Shown one piece after another: positions 1-9,038 of a stretch of 64,000 nt of DNA. Origin of the DNA: an uncultured Verrucomicrobiota bacterium (lineage in GTDB: Bacteria; Verrucomicrobiota; Verrucomicrobiia; Palsa-1439); NCBI GenBank assembly GCA_964541945.1, contig CAZISE010000018.1:5260-69259 (forward strand), read 5' to 3'. How positions within the stretch are numbered: position 1 is the stretch's first letter; each line of letters opens with the position of its first letter. Under the pieces are notes generated by a model. The model was not told the DNA's origin, did not search any database, and saw only the letters and a list, made by a program, of their open reading frames with translations. Both the position numbers and the translations under genes were made by a program.

Positions 1-990
1 GGCGGCGGCGACCCAACCTTCTTCGCCGTCAAAGCGTTCGCCACAGGAGCCATGCCAGTATTTGTTACCGCGCGAGAGAATCATTTTTGTCCCGTTCGGG
101 AAATGCGTGACCATGCCGTCGCCGGTTTCGTTCGGGACATATTCGTAGGCAATGGGCGAGCTGTAGCTGGCGTCCAAACCCGCCTGGGCCTGCGCAAACG
201 TGTGAGCGCCCCATTCGCCGATGCAACTGGTGTGAAAATCAAAATGCCCCCGCCAACCGCCGTTGACATAGGCTTTGTTGTAGGGGCGCCACGGGCACGG
301 CCCCAACCACGCATCCCAGTCCACTTCCTCCTTTGGCGGCAACGGTTCTTCGGGCAGCCAGTCGGTCCGCATCTGAGCGGCGTCCCACGGCGCAATGTGG
401 GCGTAGGCGGTGTGGACCTTGCCGAGGCGACCGCTGCGGGCCATCTCGATGCAGAACACGTGGTTTGGTTCGCTCAAGCGTTGTGTGCCGGTCTGGTAGA
501 TGCGACCGTATTGTCGGGCGGTCTCGACCACGGCGCGCCCCTCGGCAATGGTCATGCAAGAGGGTTTTTCCGTGTACACGTCCTTGCCGGCGCGCATGGC
601 CCAGATGGACATCAGCGCGTGCCAGCGGTCACCCGTGGCAATGAGCACGGCGTCCACATCGGAACGGGTGGCCAGAAACTCGCGGGCATCCGAATACATC
701 GCGCAATCTTTTGTGCCATATTTCTTGTCAATCATCTCCTTGACGGCCTCGCGGCGATCCTTGCGAATGTCGCAAATGGCGACGAACTGGACATCCTTCT
801 CGCGCATCATCCAGTTCAGGTCGTGTGAGCCGCGATTGCGGATACCAATGCCGCCCATGATAATGCGCTCGCTGGGCGCCACGCCGCCGCCGCGTCCGAG
901 GACGGAGGCCGGCACGATCTGCGGCAACGCAAGCAACGCGCCCGCCCTGGCGGCGCTGGTGAGGAACTGACGACGACTGACTGATTTCAT
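1..990 (-). CDS. Gfo/Idh/MocA family oxidoreductase, Tat-exported; 3' end (C-terminus) lies beyond the window start
   Basis: Reverse complement of 961-990 reads ATG AAA TCA GTC AGT CGT CGT CAG TTC CTC = MKSVSRRQFL (twin-arginine motif). The minus frame stays open to position 1. Nucleotide and protein sequence are clearly paralogous to the adjacent gene 1021-2337. The track omits it because it has no stop in the window; plus-strand ORF 52-828 is its antisense artefact. Confidence 0.8.
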   Translation of the reverse strand, partial: MKSVSRRQFLTSAARAGALLALPQIVPASVLGRGGGVAPSERIIMGGIGIRNRGSHDLNWMMREKDVQFVAICDIRKDRREAVKEMIDKKYGTKDCAMYSDAREFLATRSDVDAVLIATGDRWHALMSIWAMRAGKDVYTEKPSCMTIAEGRAVVETARQYGRIYQTGTQRLSEPNHVFCIEMARSGRLGKVHTAYAHIAPWDAAQMRTDWLPEEPLPPKEEVDWDAWLGPCPWRPYNKAYVNGGWRGHFDFHTSCIGEWGAHTFAQAQAGLDASYSSPIAYEYVPNETGDGMVTHFPNGTKMILSRGNKYWHGSCGERFDGEEGWVAAA

Positions 991-1020
991 GTTTTGTCTC
1001 CTGTGATGATTTCTGCTGCT

Positions 1021-2337
1021 TCAGATTCTCCACGGCTCCCGCATGGCGCGGGAACGCATCCGATTGGCTTCAGGGTCTCCAAGAAATTCGTATTTCACCA
1101 AGTCGAGTTTCAGGTTCCGCTTCAACTGCTCGCACATGTCGGCAGCCAGACAAATGGCCATCGAACGTAGCATCACTTCGGGATTGGCCACCGTCGGACG
1201 ACGGGAACGGACACAATCGAGGAAATCGCGCATGTGATTCAACGAACGCTGCGTCCGGCTGGCGTAATCCCCGACAACCTTCTTGAATTCACCCAACCAC
1301 AACGGCGACGAAACCTCGGTCATCGCATACCCATCGGCGGCGGCAGCCCAGCCGTTGGGACCGTCGAACCGCTCGCCACAAGCGCCATGCCAGAATTCGC
1401 ACGGCTGCCAGCAAGAACCGGCGCATCGGAACAAAACCAGTTTCACGCCGTTGGACAGGCGGGTATGGATCGTCTGGTCCGGCCCCGCGTACTCGAACTC
1501 GATGGTGGTGACGTTCGTCAGGTCCAGACCCGCGAGCGCCTGGGCCACCGTGTGCGCGCCCCACATGGCAATATCGGTGGCAAAATCGTGGTAGTTGTAC
1601 CAGCCGTGGTTGACATAACCGGCGTTGTACGGACGCCACGGGCACGGCCCCAGCCACGCATCCCAGTCCAACTCCTCCTTCGGCGGTAACGGCTGTTCGG
1701 GCAACCAGTCGTGTTTCTGCCCGCCGCGATACCGGCAATCGGCATACGCCGTGTGAATCGGGCCGAGCCGCCCGCTGCGGGCCAGTTCAATGGCAAACAC
1801 GTGATTCGGCTCGCTGAGCCGTTGCGCGCCCGTCTGAAAAACCCGCCCGTACCGTCGCGCCGTCTCCACAATCGCCTCTCCCTGCGCAAAGGTCAGGCAG
1901 GACGGTTTTTCGCAATAGACATCCTTGCCGGCTTTCATGGCAAGCACGGCCGCCAACGCGTGCCAGCGGTCGCCCGTGGCAATCAACACGGCATCCAGGT
2001 CCGTCCGTGCCGCCAGAAACTCGCGGATGTCGCTGTACACGGCGCAATCCCGGTTGCCGTACCTGGCGTCCACCATGTCCTTGGCGGCTTCGCGCCGTTT
2101 CTTTTGCACGTCACAGAGCGCGACAAACTGCACGTCCGACTCGCTCATTATCCAGTTCAGGTCGTGCGTGCCGCGTCCGCCAATGCCGATGCCCCCCGCC
2201 ACGATCCGCTCGCTCGGCGCGACCGCGCCACCGCGCCCCAGCACGGAGGCGGGGATAATCTGCGGCAACGCCAGCGCGCCGCACGCTACCGCGGTCTGCC
2301 GAAGAAACGAACGCCGGCTCAGCTTTCGATCACTCAT
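1021..2337 (-). CDS. Gfo/Idh/MocA family oxidoreductase (NAD-binding Rossmann + C-terminal alpha/beta domain), Tat signal
   Basis: N-terminus MSDRKLSRRSFLRQTAVACGALALP is a Tat signal. IVAGGIGIGGRG is a Rossmann GxGxxG. Conserved EKP motif (DVYCEKPSCLT) and a WxxYNxGY-type C-terminal region typical of periplasmic Gfo/Idh/MocA dehydrogenases. Confidence 0.9.
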   Translation of the reverse strand: MSDRKLSRRSFLRQTAVACGALALPQIIPASVLGRGGAVAPSERIVAGGIGIGGRGTHDLNWIMSESDVQFVALCDVQKKRREAAKDMVDARYGNRDCAVYSDIREFLAARTDLDAVLIATGDRWHALAAVLAMKAGKDVYCEKPSCLTFAQGEAIVETARRYGRVFQTGAQRLSEPNHVFAIELARSGRLGPIHTAYADCRYRGGQKHDWLPEQPLPPKEELDWDAWLGPCPWRPYNAGYVNHGWYNYHDFATDIAMWGAHTVAQALAGLDLTNVTTIEFEYAGPDQTIHTRLSNGVKLVLFRCAGSCWQPCEFWHGACGERFDGPNGWAAAADGYAMTEVSSPLWLGEFKKVVGDYASRTQRSLNHMRDFLDCVRSRRPTVANPEVMLRSMAICLAADMCEQLKRNLKLDLVKYEFLGDPEANRMRSRAMREPWRI

Positions 2338-2424
2338 AAACGTTTCCCGTTGCCATCGTGTCGGATTGACGACAATCGGCGCGTCCTATTCAGCCACGTG
2401 ACGGCTCAAGAAGCAAGCATCGGG

Positions 2425-4188
2425 TTACGATTGCAGCTTCTGCAAGGCGGCTTTGGCTTCTTTCGGGTGATGCTTCTTCACCAACTCGGCAATGTTTTTC
2501 ACCGCCAGCTCGGTTTCGGCGCGAAGGGCGGGCGATGCCAACTGCTCCAACGCCAGCTCCAGCGCGCCGACGTGATCGCATCCGCCGAGCGCCCCGAGCA
2601 CGCGACGACGCTCGTCGTCGGTGCGCGCTTCCGACAGCAATTGCCGGTAACGGCCAATCGTGGCGGGGCTGGGTTGTTTGTTTTCCTCCTGCGCCAACCG
2701 CACCAGACCGCGCCAGGCCAACACGCCATACGACGGTTTCGCCGGCTGCGCGTGAATCGCGACCAGCGAATCCCACGCCGAGGCATCGGGCCAATCGGCC
2801 AGTGCGCGGACGGCGGTTTCGACGATGACAGGATCGTTGTCCCGCATGGCTTCGCGCACGTGGGCCAACGCTTTCGGGCCGGAACAAAACCGAAACATTC
2901 GCAGCGCGCTGCCCCGCGCCTCGCCCTTTGTTACGCCGCCAAACACCTCTTCGACCAACGCGGTACGGGCGTCGGGCGACTCGATCCGGGCCAGCGCTTT
3001 CGCGGCAACCGTTTCGGCCTCGGCGCGCAACGGCAAGTTGGCGGCGGTCAGTGGCTTGAGAAGCTTCGGCGCGTCCTCGGCCGTGACCAGTTCGCCGAGC
3101 GCGCGATAGGCGGCTTTGGCGGCGTTGGCGTCGGCGCCCCCGGCGATGGCCAGCAACGCGGGCACGGCATTGCGTTTGGCGCGGTGTCCGACGATGCCGA
3201 TGAGGCTGAGTTTCAACTCGCCGCTGGATTCGTTCAGCGCGGAGAGAACGGCGGCATCGGTCTCGGAGTCGGTGAGCCGTTCGAGCGCGTTCAATCCAGC
3301 GCTTTGGAGAACCACATCGCCGCTTTTCAGGGCGGCGAGCGCCAGCGGCAGAACGGATGAATCGCCGAGGTTGGCGAGCGATTCGATGAGGATGGCCTTG
3401 ATGGACGGCTGAAGTTTATCGGAGCCCGCGACAAGTTTTTTGCGGCCGGCGGGACCGAGGTCGTTGATCATGCCGAGCGCGACGGTGCGTCCGTCAGCAT
3501 CGTCGCCGGCGAGCAGGTCGAGCAGTTTCGGGACGGCGTTGTCGCCGTCGGCCAGAAGTGAGGCGCGCAACGCGCTGAACCGGACCTGTCGCGGTTGTGT
3601 CGGTTTCAAGAGCGCGGCGGGTGTGGCGGTTTTATCGCGCAGCGCGACGTCGCCGGCCACCGCGGCGTCGTCAGGGCGGGGTTGGCTGCGGTGCGACGGC
3701 GGGCAGTCGGGGTTGTTGTCGAGGGCGATCTGGGCGTCGCTGGCCACGTGCGGGTCGGCGTCCTTGAGCAGTTTCACCAGCGTCGGGACGGACTCGGCTT
3801 TGCCGATGTTCTGGAGTTGATGGATGAGGTGGGATTTGACCCGCGGTGGTGTGTCGGCGGCGTTGAGAATGGCAAGAATGGCATTGCAACAGGCGAGTCG
3901 TTCGGCCTCGGCACCGGGGCGCGCGGCGTAGTGACAGGCGGTTTCGAGCAGCACCAGCGCCTGGTGATCGGCGTTGGCGAGTCCGGCCAAAAGACTGCGG
4001 ATGCCGGTGCGGTAGGCGGCGGCGAGTTGGTCGGGTGTTTCGTTGCCGGTGAGTTGGACAATGGATTTGTTCTGGTCCGGCACCTTGGGCAGTGGAGCGG
4101 TGGCGGGACGATCGTTTTTGGCGCCGGGTTTGGGGGCGGCAAACGCCGCGCCGGTCAGCAGGAGGGCGATGAGGATGAGTGGTCGCAT
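2425..4188 (-). CDS. secreted HEAT-repeat domain protein
   Basis: Signal peptide MRPLILIALLLTGAAFAAP. Multiple ~35-aa repeats of the form LxxALxDxDxxVRxxAxxALGxxG along the whole length. Located between Gfo/Idh/MocA paralogs. Confidence 0.7.
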   Translation of the reverse strand: MRPLILIALLLTGAAFAAPKPGAKNDRPATAPLPKVPDQNKSIVQLTGNETPDQLAAAYRTGIRSLLAGLANADHQALVLLETACHYAARPGAEAERLACCNAILAILNAADTPPRVKSHLIHQLQNIGKAESVPTLVKLLKDADPHVASDAQIALDNNPDCPPSHRSQPRPDDAAVAGDVALRDKTATPAALLKPTQPRQVRFSALRASLLADGDNAVPKLLDLLAGDDADGRTVALGMINDLGPAGRKKLVAGSDKLQPSIKAILIESLANLGDSSVLPLALAALKSGDVVLQSAGLNALERLTDSETDAAVLSALNESSGELKLSLIGIVGHRAKRNAVPALLAIAGGADANAAKAAYRALGELVTAEDAPKLLKPLTAANLPLRAEAETVAAKALARIESPDARTALVEEVFGGVTKGEARGSALRMFRFCSGPKALAHVREAMRDNDPVIVETAVRALADWPDASAWDSLVAIHAQPAKPSYGVLAWRGLVRLAQEENKQPSPATIGRYRQLLSEARTDDERRRVLGALGGCDHVGALELALEQLASPALRAETELAVKNIAELVKKHHPKEAKAALQKLQS

Positions 4189-4204
4189 GGGGTAGAGTCT
4201 CCTT

Positions 4205-5428
4205 TCAGGCGATCTGGTAAGGTGCGCGGCGTGGACGGCTGAGCCAACGGTTGGCCTCGTCGTCGCCGATGAATACTTCTTTGACGGGGTCCCATTTGAG
4301 CGGGCGGTTGAGCCAGTAACAGATGTTGCCGATGTGACAGAAACTGACGGTGCGATGGGCGACTTCGACGTGGCGGAACGGTTGTTGTCGGGTCTTCACG
4401 CAGTGCAGGAAATCGCCGAGAATGCCGCCGGAGCCTTTGTAGTTGGGGATGTAAAGATTCGGGGCGGGGAATCGTTTCATGTCGCCGGTGCTGACTTCCA
4501 TTTTGGTGCCGCGGAAGGTGTGTTGGCCTTTGGCGCCGCCGTGGTAGATACGGAGTCCGTTGGCGAAGATGTAGGTGAGGTATTTGTAGTCCTTGCCGTC
4601 GGGTGGGTGGATTTCGGTCGGGCCGGTCATGTGGAGGTTGCAGGCAAAAAGAGCGCCACCGAAGGAGTGGGCGCCCCAGTCGGTCATGCCGCCGCCGGAG
4701 TAATCGCGCCAGACGCGGAAGTTGAGAAGTTGGCGGTTGAACGGCACCCACGGGGCGGGACCGAGCCAGAGGTCCCAGTCGAGGCCGGGCAAGATCGGTT
4801 CTTCGGGAAGATTGCTGGGGCGAGACGGGCCGCCGACATTGACGAAGACCTCCTTGACCTCGCCGAGGGCGCCGCTTCGGACCATGCGATGGAACCAGTT
4901 GTAGTCGCCCCAGATGCGCTGACTGCCGCCGGAATAGACGCGACCGGTGCGGCGGACGACTTCGATGAGTTGCTGGCCTTCGCGGACCGTGAGGGTTTCG
5001 GGTTTTTCGCTGAAGACGTCCTTGCCGTGGCGCATGGCGTCAATGGCAATCGGCACGTGCCAGTGGTCGGGCGTGCCGATGAGGATGCCGTCAATATCAT
5101 CGCGGCGGGTGATTTCGCGGTAGTCGTTGACGGCAGCGCAGGAGCTGTTGCCGTAGATTTTGTCCACGACGGCCTTCATGGCGTCGCGTCTGTCCTTGCG
5201 AACGTCGCAGACGGCGACCATCTGGACCTCGCTGAACCCGCAGAGGGATTTGGTGTTGCCCGAACCGCGTCCGCCGACACCGATGGATCCGAAGACGAGG
5301 CGGTTGCTGGGGGCGGGGCGGTCGCCGAGTCCGAGGGCGTTGGCGGGAATGAACAACGGCGCGGTGGCGGTGGCAAGGATGCCGCCGAGGAAACGGCGGC
5401 GCGACAGGCGTGGCATGGTCTGACTCAT
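4205..5428 (-). CDS. Gfo/Idh/MocA family oxidoreductase, Tat-exported
   Basis: Chosen internal start MSQTMPRLSRRRFLGG gives a Tat motif directly after the start (ATG at 5428..5426). GSIGVGGRG Rossmann; FSEKP motif. Paralogous to 1021-2337 and 5495-6841. Confidence 0.85.
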   Translation of the reverse strand: MSQTMPRLSRRRFLGGILATATAPLFIPANALGLGDRPAPSNRLVFGSIGVGGRGSGNTKSLCGFSEVQMVAVCDVRKDRRDAMKAVVDKIYGNSSCAAVNDYREITRRDDIDGILIGTPDHWHVPIAIDAMRHGKDVFSEKPETLTVREGQQLIEVVRRTGRVYSGGSQRIWGDYNWFHRMVRSGALGEVKEVFVNVGGPSRPSNLPEEPILPGLDWDLWLGPAPWVPFNRQLLNFRVWRDYSGGGMTDWGAHSFGGALFACNLHMTGPTEIHPPDGKDYKYLTYIFANGLRIYHGGAKGQHTFRGTKMEVSTGDMKRFPAPNLYIPNYKGSGGILGDFLHCVKTRQQPFRHVEVAHRTVSFCHIGNICYWLNRPLKWDPVKEVFIGDDEANRWLSRPRRAPYQIA

Positions 5429-5494
5429 GGTGTATTCCTTTCCGGCTGTTTTGTCAGACGCCACCGCGACCGTTTCATTCAGCGCGAGTGCGCG

Positions 5495-6841
5495 TTACAA
5501 GCCGTGGACCTGCCAGCCGCGGCGATAACGGCGGCGAAGATAATGGTTGGCCTCGGCGCAATTGGTCACACGCAGGTGATGCGAATCCCATTTCAGGACC
5601 GTGTCGGGAACGCGAATGGCCACGGTGCCGAGCAGAATGGCCTCGGCCATCGGACCGGTTTGCAGGAAATGCGACTCGGTCATCGGGCCGCCGAGGCAGG
5701 CGTCCACAAAATGATGGTAATGGTTGCGCGGGGGAATCTGCGGTTTCGGGTAGCCTTTGAATTTCGCGCCGGGCAGCAACCGCGGCCCGGAGGTGTGCGG
5801 CAACAGCAATGCCCCTTCGGTGCCAATGATCATGGCGGATTCTTCGGGGTATTTCTCCATCTCCGACAGTTTTCGCACTTCTTCGGGCGGGAACATCTCG
5901 CCGTCGAACCATTCCACCGTCAACTCATCCCCGTCGGTCTTGTCGTTGCCGGGGAAGGTCCAGGTAATATGGTCACACTGCGGCCAGGTGTCGCGCCGGC
6001 GCGCGGGCGAATCTTTCCACGACGCCTGTACCTCTGCCACCACCGTGCGCGGCGCCCGCAGACCGAGTCCTTTCCAAACCGCGTCAAAGATATGGCAACC
6101 GATGTCGCCGGACCATCCCGTGCCGAAGTCCTGCCACGCCCGCCATTTGACCGGGTGATAAATACCCGGCGCAAACGGTCGTTCGGGAGCCGTCCCCAGC
6201 CACAAATCCCACGCCAGATACGGCGGTGGCGGTTCTCCCTGGGCGGGACGCGGCCCGACGAGACGGTAGTTCTCCACGGCGCCGGAGCGGTTGGAGCAGA
6301 GCACCACGCGGCGGACCTTGCCGATGACGCCTTCGCGCAGCCATTGCACGGCCATTCGGTCGCCGATGCCGGAGGCGTGTTGGGTGCCGAGTTGCGTTAC
6401 CACGCCCGCCGCCTCCGTGGCGCGGGCCACGGCGCGGCATTCGGCCACGTCGTGACAGAGCGGTTTCTGGCAATAGACGTGCCGACGACAATGCAACGCC
6501 GTCATGGTGATGGCCGCGTGCATGTGGTCGGGCACGGACACATTGACGGAATCAATGCGCGGCCCTTCCTTGGCGAACAACTCGCGCCAGTCGGTGTAGC
6601 GCCGCGCATCGGGCAGCAACGCGGCCGCTTTGGCGAGGTGGTTTTTGTCCACGTCACAGATGGCGACGATCTGGACGGCGCGGTGATCCTTGAACTGGTT
6701 CAGATCGCCCCACCCCATTCCGCCAACGCCGATGCAGGCATGGTTGAGTTTCGAGTTGGCGGCAACTCCCGGCCGACCGATCGCAAATGTGGCGACGCCG
6801 GCGGCGGTCGTTTTCAGGAAGGTTCTACGCGAAATCTGCAT
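5495..6841 (-). CDS. Gfo/Idh/MocA family oxidoreductase, Tat-exported
   Basis: The track ORF has a long Gly/Arg-rich N-terminal extension. GGAGGA lies 6 nt upstream of ATG 6841..6839 (MQISRRTFLKTTAAGVATFA, Tat motif). ACIGVGGMG Rossmann; VYCQKP motif. Confidence 0.85.
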   Translation of the reverse strand: MQISRRTFLKTTAAGVATFAIGRPGVAANSKLNHACIGVGGMGWGDLNQFKDHRAVQIVAICDVDKNHLAKAAALLPDARRYTDWRELFAKEGPRIDSVNVSVPDHMHAAITMTALHCRRHVYCQKPLCHDVAECRAVARATEAAGVVTQLGTQHASGIGDRMAVQWLREGVIGKVRRVVLCSNRSGAVENYRLVGPRPAQGEPPPPYLAWDLWLGTAPERPFAPGIYHPVKWRAWQDFGTGWSGDIGCHIFDAVWKGLGLRAPRTVVAEVQASWKDSPARRRDTWPQCDHITWTFPGNDKTDGDELTVEWFDGEMFPPEEVRKLSEMEKYPEESAMIIGTEGALLLPHTSGPRLLPGAKFKGYPKPQIPPRNHYHHFVDACLGGPMTESHFLQTGPMAEAILLGTVAIRVPDTVLKWDSHHLRVTNCAEANHYLRRRYRRGWQVHGL

Positions 6842-6855
6842 GTTGGTTCCTCCGT

Positions 6856-7905
6856 TCATGGTTTGTTGTTTGGACCGATCCAAAGCTGTTGCGCCGCATC
6901 CCACTGCCAGCCCGGCCACGACAGCCTCGTCACCCGCCGCCGCCAGCCCCGCGCCAGCCGCCGCCGCAATGCCGTCCACGTCGGCACTCCGCTGGTAGCG
7001 TCGGGCACCTCGCAACAGCATGCGCCGACGGCCACCGCCGTTGTCAATGTTTCCTCCAGCGAAAGCCCGCGCAACCACGCGGCCAGGAAACCGGCGATGG
7101 CGCAGTCGCCCGCCCCGGTCGTCCCTGCCACCTTCACCTCGAAACAGGGCGCCAGCAGTTCGCGGCACGCCGTGCGCACGTACAGGCCACGGTCGCCGAG
7201 TTTCAATCCCACCAGACCCGCGCCCCAATCGAGCAGGCGTTCGGCCAGCGCGCCCGGTGTTGTCTCCCGTCCAATCATCCACTCAATCTCATCGAGGCTC
7301 GGCAGAAACAGGTCCACCTGCGGCAACACCCGCCGCAACAATGCCGCCCAGTTCACACGGCCCGCCTCGGAGTTTGGGTCCACCATTACCATGTCCAGCG
7401 AGGTGGTCAGGCCGAGCCGTTTGACGCGGCGAAACAACGATTCCAGTTCGCGTCCCTCTTCGAGGTAGAAGCGGCGCATCAGCGGTGGGTAGCCGAAGTG
7501 GAACAGCTTCGCGCCACGCAACGCCCCGTCGGTCACGTCGGCGGCGCGAAACGTGTCGTTGGCGCCGGGACAGTGCAGGAAGGCGCGGTCCACGCCGGGC
7601 GGGCTGATGACGACGGTGTAGGAACTGGTCTCGCCCCGGGCGACGATCATGCCGTCGGCACCGGCAATCTCACGAATGGCGCGTCCGAAAATATCGTCGC
7701 CGACCTTGCCAATGAGGCGGGTCGGTATGCCGAGTCGTTGAAGGGCGAGGCCGGTGTTGGAGACGGCGCCGCCGGTGGAGAGGACGGCGGGGCCGATTTT
7801 ACAGAGTTTGCCCGGCTCAATCGCCACGGGCCGGTCAAACGTTGGAATGATGTCGAGGCAGATGTGGCCGGCGACAACGGCAGTGGGCAGAGAGCGCGCG
7901 TTCAT
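6856..7905 (-). CDS. PfkB-family carbohydrate kinase (ribokinase-like fold)
   Basis: Start MNARSLPTAVVAGHICLDIIP (ATG 7905..7903, overlapping the upstream stop as ATGA). PfkB signature 2 GTTGAGDCAIAGFL near the C-terminus. GG dipeptide motif (STGGAVSNTG). Confidence 0.8.
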   Translation of the reverse strand: MNARSLPTAVVAGHICLDIIPTFDRPVAIEPGKLCKIGPAVLSTGGAVSNTGLALQRLGIPTRLIGKVGDDIFGRAIREIAGADGMIVARGETSSYTVVISPPGVDRAFLHCPGANDTFRAADVTDGALRGAKLFHFGYPPLMRRFYLEEGRELESLFRRVKRLGLTTSLDMVMVDPNSEAGRVNWAALLRRVLPQVDLFLPSLDEIEWMIGRETTPGALAERLLDWGAGLVGLKLGDRGLYVRTACRELLAPCFEVKVAGTTGAGDCAIAGFLAAWLRGLSLEETLTTAVAVGACCCEVPDATSGVPTWTALRRRLARGWRRRVTRLSWPGWQWDAAQQLWIGPNNKP

Positions 7906-9038
7906 GGCAGTGGGGCGGATTGTATCATATCGCGCAAGAGTTGTTTGCGTCCCGGCGGCCAATCCGGCTCCGGCCAGAGCGCGTCGAAGTTTCGTTCCGC
8001 CGGCGACAACAACGCCAGGGCCGCCGCCGCGCCTTGCGCAAACCGCCACGGCGCGATCCCGGCATCCAACGCCAGCCGCATCGTGCCAATCAGGCGATCA
8101 TCCCAGCCGAGTTTGCGACGCGGATCGCGGATCACACGCGCCACGGCGTCGCGCAGCCACGGATTGATCATTCGCGCCAACAGGTCATCGGCATACGCCT
8201 GCCAGCCCGTTGCCGTGAAAAGCGCGTCCACGCCCTGGTGACGGGCAATCAGCGCGCGTCCTGATTCTTCCAGAAAGGCCTCACGTGCCAGCGCCAGCAG
8301 CTCGGCGTCCACCTCCGAGAGGAAACGATAACCTTTGCGGTGGGCCAGGAAACCGAGCAGCGCGTGCGTGGCGTTGTGGCCGTAGAGTTTCGCCTCCTCG
8401 AACGGCAGCAGATCGTTTTTTTCTTCGAACACGGTGAGGCCGCGCTGAAAACCGGGCAACCGGATCCGTGAGATCAGGATCCGGTTGAACTCCTCGACCA
8501 GAAACGCTTCCGACAATTCGTCGGTCACGGGCGCCAATCCATCGAGTTCCCGCACCACGCCGCTCATCTTGCCAATCACGGTGTCCAGCAGTTGAACGTT
8601 GTCGGGCACCCCGCCCAGAGCCTGTTCGAGAAGCGCGGCGGCGCGATTGCGGTTCTCGGCAGCATACAACACGCACGGCTCGGTCTTGCCGCGCAAGCCC
8701 TCGGCCAGCCATCCGGCGACGCTGCCGTAAAAATCCACACTCGGCAATGCGGTGCAAAGCTCCGTCGCCTCCGCCACGGCAGCCACCAGCGACGGGCGGT
8801 CGGAAGGGTCGTTCGGGTTGAGGATTTCGATGCCGTTGACCTCGTGAACTTCGAGTCCAGTGCGGGTGGCGACGTTGACACGGTAGCGCCCGCCGGCGCG
8901 GCGCACGGCGCGGACGACTTCGGGGCGCACCTCGGCAACGATGATCCGCTCAAAGCGCCCGGAGCGGAACGCCTCGTAGGCAAACAACCCGGCTTGAATC
9001 GCGCCAAAGCCAATCCCGGTGAAGATGCCTCGTTTCAT
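7902..9038 (-). CDS. mannitol-dehydrogenase-family protein (MtlD-like polyol or polyol-phosphate dehydrogenase)
   Basis: N-terminal Rossmann GIGFGAIQAGLF aligns with MtlD GAGNIGRGFIG. YAAENRNRAA resembles MtlD IIACENMVRG. HNATHALLGFLAHRKGY resembles MtlD NTGHAITAYLGKLAG. Stop overlaps the kinase start. Confidence 0.6.
   Translation of the reverse strand: MKRGIFTGIGFGAIQAGLFAYEAFRSGRFERIIVAEVRPEVVRAVRRAGGRYRVNVATRTGLEVHEVNGIEILNPNDPSDRPSLVAAVAEATELCTALPSVDFYGSVAGWLAEGLRGKTEPCVLYAAENRNRAAALLEQALGGVPDNVQLLDTVIGKMSGVVRELDGLAPVTDELSEAFLVEEFNRILISRIRLPGFQRGLTVFEEKNDLLPFEEAKLYGHNATHALLGFLAHRKGYRFLSEVDAELLALAREAFLEESGRALIARHQGVDALFTATGWQAYADDLLARMINPWLRDAVARVIRDPRRKLGWDDRLIGTMRLALDAGIAPWRFAQGAAAALALLSPAERNFDALWPEPDWPPGRKQLLRDMIQSAPLP

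Noticed and set aside
1711-3360. 549-aa plus-strand ORF; also 52-828 (+), 22928-24160 (+), 39964-41412 (+), 29483-30220 (+), 30365-31858 (+), 36999-37559 (+), 37896-38651 (+), 60090-61511 (+) and 61713-62705 (+)
   Set aside because: All lie antisense to confidently called minus-strand genes (oxidoreductases, HEAT protein, PLD-SNF2 helicase, GH57, methyltransferase, glycoside hydrolase, multidomain protein). Their Arg/Gly/Pro-rich translations have no motifs.
6842-7282. 147-aa N-terminal extension of the oxidoreductase ORF 5495-7282; likewise extensions of 60339-63551, 50961-52865, 58005-59078 and 32596-34890
   Set aside because: The extensions are Arg/Gly/Pro-rich and overlap upstream genes. 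Internal starts give canonical Tat or Sec signals right after the ATG, and several have a GGAGG-type RBS.
4334-7468. 1044-aa plus-strand ORF spanning three minus-strand genes
   Set aside because: Antisense to well-supported Gfo/Idh/MocA and PfkB genes. The translation is low-complexity (Gly/Ala/Val/Arg-rich) with no motifs, a typical high-GC antisense open frame.
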